DNA of 63,399 nucleotides, the filler included, from Pelomyxa schiedti (Eukaryota > Protista > Evosea): assembly GCA_020536535.1 (NCBI GenBank). It is 15 parts of 15 records of this genome, joined end to end, with 100 filler letters (N's around TTAATTAATTAA, not from the genome) between each part and the next. Parts side by side here need not be neighbours in the genome. Positions count along the whole stretch, not along the records: positions 1 to 26,101 come from JAHLWZ010001042.1; 14 more parts are not named here. The stretch is one strand, 5' to 3'. Below are positions 14,001 through 26,201 of this stretch, in pieces (the first letter of the stretch is position 1; each line of letters opens with the position of its first letter). Both the position numbers and the translations under genes were made by a program. The notes beneath the pieces are model-generated. The model did no database searches and was not told the origin of the DNA. It saw only the letters and a list, made by a program, of their open reading frames with translations.

Positions 14001-17000
14001 GAACTCAGCAGGCATTGAAGGAATTAGATTTCCTCTTGTGTGTTCTGTGAAAATCACTGATTGATTTCTTTCTGACTTTGAGATGGGGTGAAGATGGCAG
14101 TTATCGGCTTCAAAGGATTCCGAGTCATTGCCTTGTCTGTGCTACCTGTGAACAAAGAACAGACCTTAAAGTTAGCTATGTTCCCCTCTCAAGCACTTCC
14201 GTGATGCACTTGTTTAGGTATGGTACAGCTGATGGCGGGGAAATAATACACAACGATGATACTATTCTTAGTAGAAAGGTTGCTCACCCATTAACTTCTT
14301 CTGTGTTACTTAATGTCGTAGATGGCCAATGCTGCAGCAGAAATCAATCTCGCTCCTCACTATGGTACTACTCTTTTTCATTCTCTAGGAAACGGGCGCA
14401 CTCAAATCAACACAGTTGGCAATGACGACGCTGGTACAACTCTGTGTGGACCAGCCGATCTGGAAGGGCATAGCGGACTGGTTTGTATTGAAATGCAAGG
14501 GGAAAGCTGAGATCTCACTCCTACTTCAGGATGGAAAGTACTACCTCCTTGATTTTTCACGAACATTCCCGCCTGAATGGCCCAACCGAAGCCCACAAGC
14601 CATTTTCTATGAACTGGTAAGACCTGAACTTGTGAGAAAGTGGCCAGTTCCTTTGAGCAGTGATGCTTTCTCAAGATTCGAGATGTCTGATCAGAAAGCT
14701 GAAGACCATCAAATAGGTGGGTATCTGAATTTTGACCCCCTCCCGTTTTTACATGTATAGAACTCACCAAACTTTCTGCTCATTTGCATGGGGTCGTTAT
14801 TCCGCAATTTGCTCAGGAATTGGTTGGCAGAAGAGCATCTTTTAGTTACTTCTAAGTGAGTTCTAGGACAAGATTGACTGTGTCAACGAAAACAATGGTG
14901 CGTCAGAGAGCATCGATAAATATTTTGCAAAGATGAGGTGGAGACCAGACTGAAAATTTCTCACTCTCACCATTCCCCTCAGAAGTAATCAAATTGAAGC
15001 CACGTTCAATGAACTTCGCCTTGTTGAACGCATGCATAGGTGCCTCCATCTCTCTTGGCATTGGCATATTTACCAATAACTACCCAGGCAAGGAATAAAT
15101 TTACGCCATTTAGGAATGGTGTATAAAGCTAGTGAATCCCCATTAATTAGGTTGTGCCTTGCTGTGGAAATGGTAGCAAGAATTCTTCGACGTTTTATTC
15201 AAGAAGCGGTATTTTCTTTTTTTGTTGGAAGTTTTATCACTTTTTCCTATAGCACGCCTGCACAATGGACTCAACAATGTCCTTACGGGATGAGTACTTC
15301 AAAGAGTCCATTGTGCTTATTCTGCAGAAGCTGATTGGATCGAAGTTTGATCCTGACTTCTGGCAATCTGTAAAAAAAGCAATCACCAGTAACTTTTAAT
15401 TGTAACTTTTTATAATCTTGATTGACGACATTTAGAAAAGTTCTGTGGGGGAGATGAGAGCTTACTCATGACTTTACCTTTCTCGTCCATTCCACTTTCT
15501 CTTCTTTGTACTCGATTGGAACAAATTGGAGGTGTTCCATCCATTGTATCGAATTTCTTTTTTCCCCCACTCTGACCAGCTCTAGGTTTCAAATTCAATT
15601 CCATAGCGTTAGAATCACTCCGTCATGCCCATAAAAGTTTTGAGTTTGTGGATAGTGATATTGAGTCTGTCATACCAATGGTTGGTTTCCAGCACCTCCT
15701 TCGATTTCATTTATTGTTGTCCATCTTAGGTGAAGCATACAAATGTAATCGACAGTGCTGAAGCCATGAGCCTGTTCATGGCCGGGAAGAGTAAGGTGTT
15801 CACACCCTCGCCTTCTGGCTACGACTTATTTCCACAGAAAGGCATGGCTAGAGAAAGACTACTTAACTTGTCTTTCCAGAAGTTTGAGCAGGCACTCCTC
15901 AGGCAACCAAACAACTACCGCAACTATTACCAGTGGGGCTGCGCCTTGCTCCTGCAATCTGTGGTTTCTTACCCTTATTCTTTTACCCTTGTGTGCCTTC
16001 CTTTATTTTTTCTAGGAAACCAAGACATTGGCAACAAAAAGAATAATTTTGAGAAACGCGTGCCAGAAATTTCGGAGTGCTATGAGTATCAACCCCAACT
16101 TCGTGGACGGGTAGGATTTATCCCCTAAATTCATGCATACCAATGCTTTTCTCATCATAAGACTTCTTGGGCTGGCTGAAGGTCTCTGGGAGCTCAGTAT
16201 AACATACACACCAACGAAAGGCCAGTCAAAAGCTCCAACTGGTGTTTTAAGCTCAGAGAGCGTCGATCAGAGTGTTACCCCAAATTCTACCGTTGAAAGC
16301 AGCAGCTCTGCGCCCTCTACCCCTCAAGGGAATCCTACTCTCAACAGTAACAGCGAATCTGATTTCAAGGCTGCTGTGGAGATCTTTGAGACACTCATAA
16401 GGACAAAGCCCTCCACGCACAAGTACTTTAACTAGCGCTTCTCATGCACCTTAACGTGATATTCTTTCATGTAGATTTTGTGCTGCATTCATACAAAATC
16501 AATTCTTGGGCGCGGAGTTATCACATTTAGGCCTTTTATCCCTCACTTCTATATGTTCCACTTTGAAGGTGAACATTGTACCAATGCCACCTTCATCTTG
16601 TCATGTAATTGGAAAATCGAACACGTCTACTGGAGTGCTTCCTCTACAGAGCACGGAGTGCACCCACAGACCTCAATTCCATTGCATCGAGGAATCAGGA
16701 GGAGTGACAAATAATTCCTTTCATTCAACAATTGCTTCTTCTGTGAAAAGTCTCCAAACTCAAGTTCTCTTCATCCACTTTCAATTGCAGTTAATGCTTA
16801 CCTTACAATCCACCGATCTGGAATCCCTGCTTGTTGCACCTCCCCCAGTTTCTGTTGCTCTACAAGTAAAGGGCTTGCATTAGAATTTCCCAAACTCTGA
16901 CTCGTTTCTGAAGGATCTTCTTGTGTTAGACCAATCATATGCTCAATACATATGCCGTACTGCTGAATGCTTGATCTCTCAGAGAAGAATTATGACCTAT

Positions 17001-19585
17001 GCTACTTGTAAAAATAAATTGAAGAACCAACCAAGTCTTTACTGAGTCATTCAAAAACAAAAGGTTTCTGGATTTTCAGTATTGTTAAGCAGATACTACC
17101 TTTACCACCAATTTTTTGTAAGCTAGTGACTGCATTACAAAACTGTGCATTGAATTTACAGCTTCAACGAAGACAATGTAGATTAACCCTTCTTCACCCC
17201 CTCAAAGAATCCTAATGACACTCATAAAAGGTGCCGATTTTTACGCAGAAGCTGGAAATAGATTGCTTGAACTACACCAATTAGACCCTGCAGCTGCCAC
17301 AGATTATATAAAAACACTTTTCAGAAGCGAAGCCAGGGAAAACAAGCTCATTTTGCCTTTGTATGACTGACTATCTGTTGCTGTTCCTTTTCTCAATTGG
17401 AGCTAGAATGTGTACGAATAATGATCAAGTATCTCGCTTATGTCAACCGTTCTTTGACGAAGTCACTGATTGTTATTTGTCCCACACATCTGCCGACGAT
17501 TCAACCTTATTGGCTCTTTCAATGACTGCTCGACAGCTTAAGTGCCTTAGCCTCAGCCAGTGCCAAAAAGTTACTGACGCCTCACTTCCTTTCCTTCTCA
17601 ATGTAAAATATCTCTGCCTGAACGTTACCTTTGTTGATTTAACTCTATAGTTCACGGTTCTTGGAACGCTGAACCTCACAAATTGCTCACGGCTTTCGTT
17701 CACAAATTTCTCCCAGTTTCCGCCTTCTTTGATTGAGTTGAGGCTAGCTGGGTGCTACATAGAGTAATTAATGATATTTGATTTCTAGTATCGAATTTCT
17801 AAAACAAAGCCCCCTCCCCCCTTTATAGGGATGCCACCATCGAGGCCATCGCCAAATCTTGCACGAAACTTGAAATTCTTGACCTCTGTCGATGCCCTAA
17901 AATAACATCTGTGGCGGCTCTCCAATCTCTTCAGGCCCTACATACACTCCTCCTCCAAGGCTGTAGCTCAGTGCCCACTCAATCCATAAACCTTCTTGTG
18001 CTCAGCAGATTGAGTCCCTCTGCATCGGAACTTCTCACTGCATCCACCAAATCTCCTCACGGAGATATCATCCAGAAGAATACAAGCTCTCCAAGCTCAC
18101 CACCACCATCCACGGAAGGAGCTATATCTGCAGCTATATTACCTTCATCCTGTTGTCCTCTGAAATGCCTATCAGTAGGAGGATACAGTGTCAAGGAAAA
18201 TCTGAGATCTGGTGACATGAGTTATATTGTCAAGATGTTGCCCCTCATTCCTTCCCTTACGGAATTGTCTTGCACTGAATGTACACTTGATGACCAAGGC
18301 TTAACAGATATATGCAAATATCTCCCAATGTTAAGGTGTGAGGTTAGAAATTTGAGAGATTTCACCTGTCTGACAATATTTTTCTCATGAAAGATCTCTG
18401 AATATTAACAAGTCCTTAAAAATTTCAAGTGCTTTCCAGCACATAACACTTCTCACACAATTGGAATCCCTGGAACTCTCTGCCACCAAAGTCACTGCCG
18501 AGCATCTGGAAGCGTTCTCTCGACACCTGTTGAGATTAACTCATTTTGATATTAGTCATTCGCAAATCCCATGTTATCTCTCCTTTTTCTTATACGTGTG
18601 TCTCAGCAATAAACCTGCTAGATAGCGGATTCAAATCGTTCTTAAGTGGAGCCCCAGAACTCCTTTCATTTCGTGCATCCCATTCCAAACCAATGAGACT
18701 ATATCCACTTGACAACCACATAAAAGTATTCATTTCATTGCCGAAAGTGTTCCTTATTGGATTTCACACCAATACAGTTGCAAGAGTTGGATGTAGGAAG
18801 ATCGACACTGACCAACAGTGCTGTTGCCGAAATAGCAATCAAGCTCACTAATCTTACAAGTCTGAGCATTGCAAATCTAAATAATGTATTTTCCCCTTTT
18901 TTCCCCATTTTCTTCCCATTCCCTAGGTTGATAGCCAAACAGTAAAGCTTCTTGGAAACCTTACTCATCTCCGGAAACTCAACCTGAGTTCCTGCAGTGC
19001 TGTTTCTGATTCCAACTTTGCGCCACTATTGCCTCATATGACTGAATTGCGGGTACTGGACCTGTCCTATACACATATTGGTGATCAAACTGTTTTTAAG
19101 TACTTAAACCCCTTCCATTTTCCATTCACTATTTGCATTTTTTTTTGAGAAGAAAACCTCCAACTAACACAAACCAACTACTAGTATTATAAAGTACCTT
19201 TTACATCTGGAGGAGTTGGATGTGACAACTACACAAATTACAGAACAAGCTGCCATTGAGCTGCACCATTTACAAGCGGTAGGTCCAACCAGATTTGATG
19301 ATTTCCATGTGCTAACCACAACAAGCATTCCAAAGTCTGCTGTGATCAAAATCCCGATTTACTATTCAGCAAAACTTCCCAGTAAGCACCCTCCCTATTT
19401 TGGTTTGTTTTACTAACTCCGCATCCAGCCGAATTATCACTGCATCCATGCCAGTAGCTAAGTTGCTGAAACACCCACCTCTGCCCAGAACACAACCACA
19501 ACTGCCCACAAGCACTACACCATTAGTGCTTGTACCTGTTTATCCCCCACCACCCACCAAAGTTGATGACAACAACACACACTGA
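11064..19585 (+). CDS. large Clu-domain + TPR + leucine-rich-repeat protein with about 780-aa Pro-rich N-terminus (many introns)
   Basis: DWNTEYQ, GGVAGGQKY..NILFK, YGTADGG, GPADLEGH, DGKYYLLDFSRTFPPE, RPELV, PLSSDAFSRF (Clu domain). TPR-like FEQALLRQPNNYRNYYQWG. Cys-containing LRRs (LKCLSLSQCQKVTDASL, LEELDVTTTQIT). Confidence 0.8.
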
Positions 19586-19739
19586 TGTAACAACACCTGT
19601 AAATTCACGTGTTTCACCTGCTTTTTCTTCCTTTTTTTTGTTTTATTTTTCTAGAAAAAAACCGAATTTGAATGGTACGCGTGCCCGTGGTAACGGATGC
19701 GAGGTAGCGGCCAACCGCCAATTTGGTTGAGGAATAATT

Positions 19740-20636
19740 ATGGGCGTCCAACATGAACAAAAAGAAGTGGAGCAGCGTGCTGTTGGTTTGGGTTCATGTT
19801 GTTCTGCCCATCCATTGCAGTGTTGGCGTACTATGCTGTGCGTGTAGCACAAGAAAGAGTGGTTTGGAGCTCTTTTTTTTTTTTTTTTTTTTTATGGGAT
19901 TTGGCTATCTGGCTAACATCAAGAATACAGTGAGTGTTGGTTACTATTTTTTATGTTGTGCAGTTCAACTAATGTTGGGACAGTGACACTGGGGGTATGT
20001 TGCAGACTGGGGCTTATGTTACCAATGTTTCTACAATATACAATGGTAATATAGGGAAGTGCCGAGGTGTGGAATGTGACCACCACCTATGGAAATGTGA
20101 AGTACACTTTGACTATATTACCTTGGGTGTGCTATGGAACTTTTTTGTCTCGACTCACTTGTTGCTAAATGCAGATGGAGGTGAAACAATGAAAGGAATG
20201 TGTTGTAACACTAAGCCTTGCAAATTCTCTGTCTGCAAAAAGGCTGTTAATAGTTTCTGTGATGACTATTCCTTGGGCCAAACCATTTTTGTGTGGTATT
20301 CTGTGAATTTCATTCCATTCCTTCTTATTTGCATCACAGGTACTTTAAAGATGACACTGATGAGGTTTCCGTTACTCTGCAAAGGCTAACCCCAATTCCT
20401 CACAATAAGCAGGTCTATTGTTACCTTGAACCTCATGTACCAATTGACTGGATAATTGCCCTTGTGTTTGGATGCATTTTTGTTTCCTTCAGCTTGTTTC
20501 TATGCATGTTTTTTGGCTCCTTGTAAAAAAACTAAGGCACACAATAGGTTTGATAGCGGCTCCCGGAGCCCTGAAGGTCTTTAAATGCTCACCTGCCGTT
20601 CCAACTCCTCCACCAGCTCCCGTACCAGCTCCCTGA
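19740..20636 (+). CDS. small membrane protein with Cys-rich luminal region (multi-exon; boundaries uncertain)
   Basis: Exons TGAYVTNVS..CRGVECDHHLWKCEVHFDY, MKGMCCNTKPCKFSVC and hydrophobic WIIALVFGCIFVS. Confidence 0.4.
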
Positions 20637-20720
20637 ACACCTAACAACACCGCCGTTCATGTATTATCTGTGAGAGCTTTATTTCATTCTTCAAAACAAC
20701 AAAAGAATTGTCGAACTTTT

Positions 20721-22224
20721 ATGGGAAACACTACGGGGTCGGCTCCTCCAACGGCCCAGGTACAGCACGGGAGCCCCCTCAAGCTCGTGACTCCCTGCTT
20801 GCCGCCGCCCGAGTATCATGGCAAGCTCGCCATGTGCTTGTCAACGTGGTACAGGGCGCAGCCCGAGTCGCTGCGGCGGGCGGCGCAGTCGTCCTCCTCC
20901 TCCTCCTCGGCCGTCGACTGCTCGTGGTGCTACTCCCCCGGCGGCGGCTCCACGTGGGGCGACTCGTGCTCGTCGTCCCCGGCCGTCCACGGCGTCGCCC
21001 TCTGCCTGGCCCTCGCGACCCACCCGCGGCTGGGCGCCCGCAGCCCCCTGCGGCTCCTCCCGCCCGCCGTGCTGCGCGACATCGCGGCCATGGCGGCCGC
21101 CCCGCTGCACGTCCTCGTGGCGCTGGCCAAGGGCACCGTCGCGGTCTTCGACGCCCGGCGGGCCCACGACGGCCCGACCTCCGAGGCCCACTGGGCCCCG
21201 TCCGCCCCCGGCCAGGCCCCCATCTCCTCGTGCTTCCTGATCGAGGGCGGCCGCCGCCTGGTCGCCATCAGCTACTTCTACGCCCCCAGCGGCGGCAACC
21301 CCACGTCCCGCGTGGGCACGGCCGCCGTGCAGCGCCTGCTGGGCGGCGGCGCGACGCTGGTGGTGGACAAGAAGGAGGGGGACTGGGAGGGGCAGGGGGA
21401 GGCCCGCAGCACCCCGCTGTGGCTCGCCAAGGCTGTGACGGGGGCCAACTCGTGCCACGAGGTGGCTTCTTTTGCAATGGGGAACTGCGGGAGGCTCGTC
21501 ACGATACCAAAGGGAACTGTATCTATGAGGGTGTGGACCGACACGGGCGAGCTTGTGGCTGATGTGCCTAAGGACTCATCCTCGGTTACGAGTATGATTC
21601 ATGTGGATCATCGCGTTGGGGATGGGCCTTCTGTGCCATATATTCTATTTTTCACTTCTAGTGGGCTGGAGTGCTGGTCTCTGGAGACTGGGCAATTGCA
21701 AGGGATGTACCCGGCAATGACTTATGGTGGGGCGGGGTGCTATGACGGGAAGAGATTTGTTGTTTTTGGGCGTGACCGGAGAGTTTTCTACTTCTCTCTT
21801 CCGCATCTTACGGTTGAGAAGAACTACTTCCTCAAATACCCAGAAGTCGAGCACATAACTTTCGTCCGGCCGAATTCGTTCCTCACAACACACTATGTAT
21901 GGAGCAATAACCTCTGGTTTTCCTAACACCCCCAAAAAGGCTTGCATACGTATATTCACCATCAATGACAAAACCGACGAGGTCAGTGTACAAACCCTGA
22001 AAGGAGACAACTGTTCGGCAAGAGGCATCTACCTCACCCGCATTGACCCGAACCGCACCACCAAATTTGACTGGGCACTCACAGTTGTCTACTTCCAGTC
22101 AGTGTATGTTTGGCACATCAGCACTGCACGGAATCCACCGACAGAGGCCAAAAAGGTTGGGGAGTTCCGGTTCCCTGCTGAATGGGGTAGCACCTCAGCC
22201 TCCTTTGCCCTTCCACAGTGGTAA
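20721..22224 (+). CDS. hypothetical protein with 'HPRLG..SP..LP' F-box-like motif followed by beta-propeller-like region; possible N-myristoylation (MGNTTGS)
   Basis: ALCLALATHPRLGARSPLRLLPPAVLRDIA and WD-like strands (MRVWTDTGEL, CWSLETGQL). An intron at about 21897-21939 with a CTAAC branch point joins the two ORFs. Confidence 0.65.
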
Positions 22225-22402
22225 CGGGGTACCAAAAACAACACACGGCGGCCAGTGACATGCCAATCCCTTTGTATTAAGACTAAAAAAAACGAAAAAA
22301 AAAGAGAGCAAAAAATTTGCTTGTTCACTCTTTTCTGTTGGTTTTGGTTTGGTTCACTGGGGTGGATGTGATGATGACACTGGCGGCCACTCTTGCTCGG
22401 CA

Positions 22403-25400
22403 TCAATCGTCGATGACAATCACATCTTTATTGGGTACTTCTTGTTCATGTACTTGAGCTTGTTCAGAATCGGAAGAGCAGTAGGCATCGACATCAACAA
22501 TTTCGGTGTCACGGTCACTATCGGGATCGGGGTCGGGATTTGCATCAGCATCATTACGTTCTCCCTCAGGTGCTTCTTCTTCTTGTTGTTGTTCGTCCTC
22601 AGCACCTTCAAGACAGTCATCATCTTCAGCTTCATCTTCATCTTCAGCATCACCTTCATCAGCCTCTGAGTCGTCATCATAGTCAACAGGGTCAGCTTCG
22701 TCTTCGTCCTCGTCTCCGAGGGTCGCTTTGTGTGGGGAGTACAAGGCTTCCAACCTACGGACGACTTGGGCGATTGTTGGCCTCTGTGCGGGTGTTAGAG
22801 CTCATTTTTTGTGTGTAGTTTTAAATAAAACCAATCTTTTTTGGATTCTCTTCCACACAGTTTTCTATCAGTTGTATCTGAAGATTGTTTGACGGTTAGT
22901 TATGTAATTAGGGAGGAAAATCCTCACCAAATCTCGGGGCACAATCTTCCCCTTGTCAGGTCCCTTGGGGATAATTTCTGGAACCGGTGGCCTCTCTCCA
23001 TTGATGACTGCTTTTTTCAGAACATCAACTGCAGCATCGAACTCCGGCCCCTCGTAGACCTTTAAGTGTTGGAAGTACTTTTGGAAGGGCTGCTCCTGCG
23101 TCACAATCTCGGTCAGCATTATTCCGACAGCGTACCTAGAGAGAGAAACCAGAGAGAGTGAAGTGAGTCCCTGAGAACAAAAGGAAATTGGGTGGACTTA
23201 CACATCCAAAGCAAACTTTGTTGCCATTACATCTCCTTTCATCACTTCAGGCGCAAGATATTCATCTTTAAGGGTTGTCAGACAAAAAAAAGCCAAGTCG
23301 TTCAACTATGGCACACATGTTCCAGGCGCGTCTAGCTCTGGACTCAATACAAACGGGAACTTCTTGCCAGATCCTAAATCAGCCACCTTTTAAAAGGGAT
23401 TTTAATTAGGCACACCAGTTAGAGACATAGGAGTAGTAATTTTTTAATGCTCTAACCTTGACATTGCCTGAGACATCTACCAGGCAGTTGGAGGACTTCA
23501 AATCCCTGCGTTAATGCTGTTTAGTGTGCTGGGGAGGCATGATGAAGAAGGTTTTTTTTTAAGATTAAAACCTATGAACAATTCCGTGAACCCTCAGAGC
23601 ATGGACTCCACGCGCCTGTTAAACATTAATTAAAATCAATTGCCAGGAGAAGATACCACTCCAACACAGTACTTCAACATGATTGGAAGGGACCAGCCGT
23701 CCCCTTTCCAATGCTTCAGGAGCGCTTGGGAGACCTTGTCCTTATTTGGGTCATGCAAGATGTGCCAGAGATCCATCCGCATCCATTCCAATAGTATCAT
23801 GCGGAATCCATCATGTACACAGACACCTGATGATGGATTGTTCAGTATTTAGGGGAAGAGCAATAGAATTATTATCAACACTACCCTGCAGGCGCACTAC
23901 ATTCTTTGAGGAACATAGACTATTAAAAAGTGAGATATGTTTTGAAAAAAATTGCGAAAAGTCTCGTACCTAAGAAGCTGAACCTCGTCAACAAAAGACT
24001 CATCCGAGGTTTTGGTGCCCAATACTTTCACTGCTATGGGGGAATCCCATAGTTTCGCTGCGGGAAAAAACAAGTTATCTTATATCAGTGTAATAACAGA
24101 TGTGTTATTAGAGAGGGTTTATTTCACCAAACACAAACCTCGGAGAACAGCACCGTATGTACCCTTGCCAATGATTCTTTTCGACTTGCTGAACTTGATT
24201 TTGGCGACCGGCACCAACTGGCACTGGAGCCCCTTGAGCATCTCAACGAGAGGGTTCTTATTCTGATCTTGGTTGGCGTTTTGAGGCATATGCTGCTTGG
24301 GACCGGCAAGTGCTGCATCGTGACGAGACTCGTAGTCGAGGCCAGCAGCTCCAACAGGCTGAGGTGGTTGTTGGTGGTACTGTGGCAATTGTGATTGTGC
24401 CTGAGGAGCCTGTGACGAAAGTGACCGTTGTGGTGATCGCTTTTGGATTTCGGCTTCTGCAGAATCAGACTTTTCCACACTTCTTTGACTTTGTTGATGA
24501 TTATGAGGAGGTCGCTGTGCGGGTGCTGTCACACGAGGAGGAGGAAGAACTTGAACTGGTGGAACTTGCTGCTTCTGTTTTTCCTCCAGTGATGGTGATG
24601 GTTGTGGGAGCTCAGGTTTTTCTACATTTTCAAACTCTGCCGGTGGTGTGTCATGATGAAGAACTCGCAAGGGCCGTAGCGGTGCTACTGCCGTTGGGTG
24701 TTGTTGTGATGGTGGTGGAATCCTAGATTCAGATTCAACTTCTGCGCTTTCCTTCCAATTCTCACTGGCCTTCTCGCGGTGGATCACAACCACAGGCTGG
24801 AGACGTCCCATGGCGGCGTCCAGCGCTGCACTACAGTCATTGTGGGTCTCGAAAGAAATAAACACCTGATTGCTGTCAAACTGCTTGCTGACTCTTTCCC
24901 TGGCAGAAAGCAAAAAAGAGAGAGAAAATTTCAAAATCAGCTTGTGGCTATTGTGGAAGTGCAATGTATGAAATGAAATTGGTCCAGAGAGAGAAAGAAA
25001 TGAAATACTCACACGTTATTAAACATTGAGGCAACTTCTTTGGCTGTTAGATCTGACAAATGTGTGCAAACAATTGTCTGGTATCTATCTTTCCCCGTCT
25101 CCTTGTCGTAGCAACTTGCCCAATTGTAACAGTTGACGGCTTTTGCAATTTTGGGATCCTCTGATTTTGCTGAGAGAATGAGAGGCGGGGGAACAACTCT
25201 ACTGCGAGGAGGCGCCGCACGAGGAGAAGTCTGCAGTTGCGAGATTGACTTTGAATGGTGCCTGATGTACCGCATTACGTTGGAGCTGGAGCGGGAGGGA
25301 GCACTGATTATGGGAGGAGCTCCTACGCGGTGAGGAGGCAGTGCAAATGCAGAGGCGCAACAAAAACCAGAAGCAGACGAGGCGGAGGTGGTCGTGCTCG

Positions 25401-25779
25401 TAGTCGCCCTCGTGGTCGGCACCATCGGCCACGCCGGAGTAGTCGTCGGTGTGGGCAGCAGCCCGCCCCCGCCGCGGCCCCCACCGAAAACAACAGGGGG
25501 AGGGGGAGCAGGGGGTGTGGCCAGGAGGCCAGCCCCGCCACGCAATGCACCCACTCCATAGCCCCTCCCTACCTCAGGAGCACCACCGCGCCAGGCCCCC
25601 ACCAACGACGGGGGGGGCGCACCGAACACCGACGGCACGTGATATGAATGGGAACGGTGTCCCCTACCCCCCGGCACCCACATCGTCTTCTCTTGGGTAC
25701 TTTTTTTGTGTCTTCTTCTAAAAAAAGGCCGCAGCTCAGCCCCAGTTCTCCGGTAATTTTCTCCCAAATCGCCAAACAT
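22403..25779 (-). CDS. TKL-type protein kinase with RRM-like N-terminal segment and acidic C-terminal tail (multi-exon)
   Basis: IGKGTYGAV, IAVKVL, HR|DLKSSNCLV, VADLG, YLAPE, DV|YAVGIMLTEIVT and RPTIAQVV spliced to the D/E-rich ORF 22403-22753. VFISFETHNDCSAAL is RNP1-like. Confidence 0.85.
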
Positions 25780-26101
25780 TTCCCGCCACCAAAAAAATAA
25801 AGTGACACATAAAAAGTAACACAAAATAAAAAAAAACCAACCAGGCAGGCGGTGGTTTCGCGGTCGCTCGGTGTGCCCGGCGAACGGACGTGCTCAAAAA
25901 AACCAACTTCAATAACACAACATTAATTTCCAACCACACCCCATACAACAACAACCACTTTCCCGATTTTAAATTCCCTGTCACTAAACTAGTACTGTTT
26001 AGGTCACTCTAGGGTCTACTACAACAACATTTTCGGCGCGGACTTCTTCTCCATCCACAACCTCTCTCCACTCTCCTACATGAAATTTAGCATCCCCACT
26101 T

Positions 26102-26201
26102 NNNNNNNNNNNNNNNNNNNNNNNNNNNNNNNNNNNNNNNNNNNNTTAATTAATTAANNNNNNNNNNNNNNNNNNNNNNNNNNNNNNNNNNNNNNNNNNN
26201 N
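26102..26201. other. artificial contig-joining linker N44-TTAATTAATTAA-N44 (first of 14 in the window)
   Basis: An identical six-frame-stop spacer recurs at about 31507, 34854, 37054, 41922, 44310, 45656, 46856, 49524, 52549, 53947, 55095, 58902 and 60572. Confidence 0.97.

Noticed and set aside
20708-21562. Multiple long overlapping ORFs in alternative frames and strands
   Set aside because: These are shadow ORFs caused by extreme GC content.
21895-21940. Apparent frameshift between ORFs 20670-21926 and 21895-22224
   Set aside because: Explained by a short GT-AG intron with a CTAAC branch point.
22403-22753. Stand-alone acidic protein
   Set aside because: It splices onto kinase subdomain XI (RPTIAQVV), so it is the kinase tail.
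22785-22850. Possible non-canonical splice donor or in-frame TGA near the kinase C-terminus
   Set aside because: Canonical GT-AG solutions exist that preserve the frame, so there is no evidence for recoding.
26102-26201. Recurrent TTAATTAATTAA palindrome flanked by Ns, which could look like a repeat array or recombination site
   Set aside because: It is an artificial six-frame-stop linker used to concatenate contigs. Gene neighbourhoods across these linkers are meaningless.
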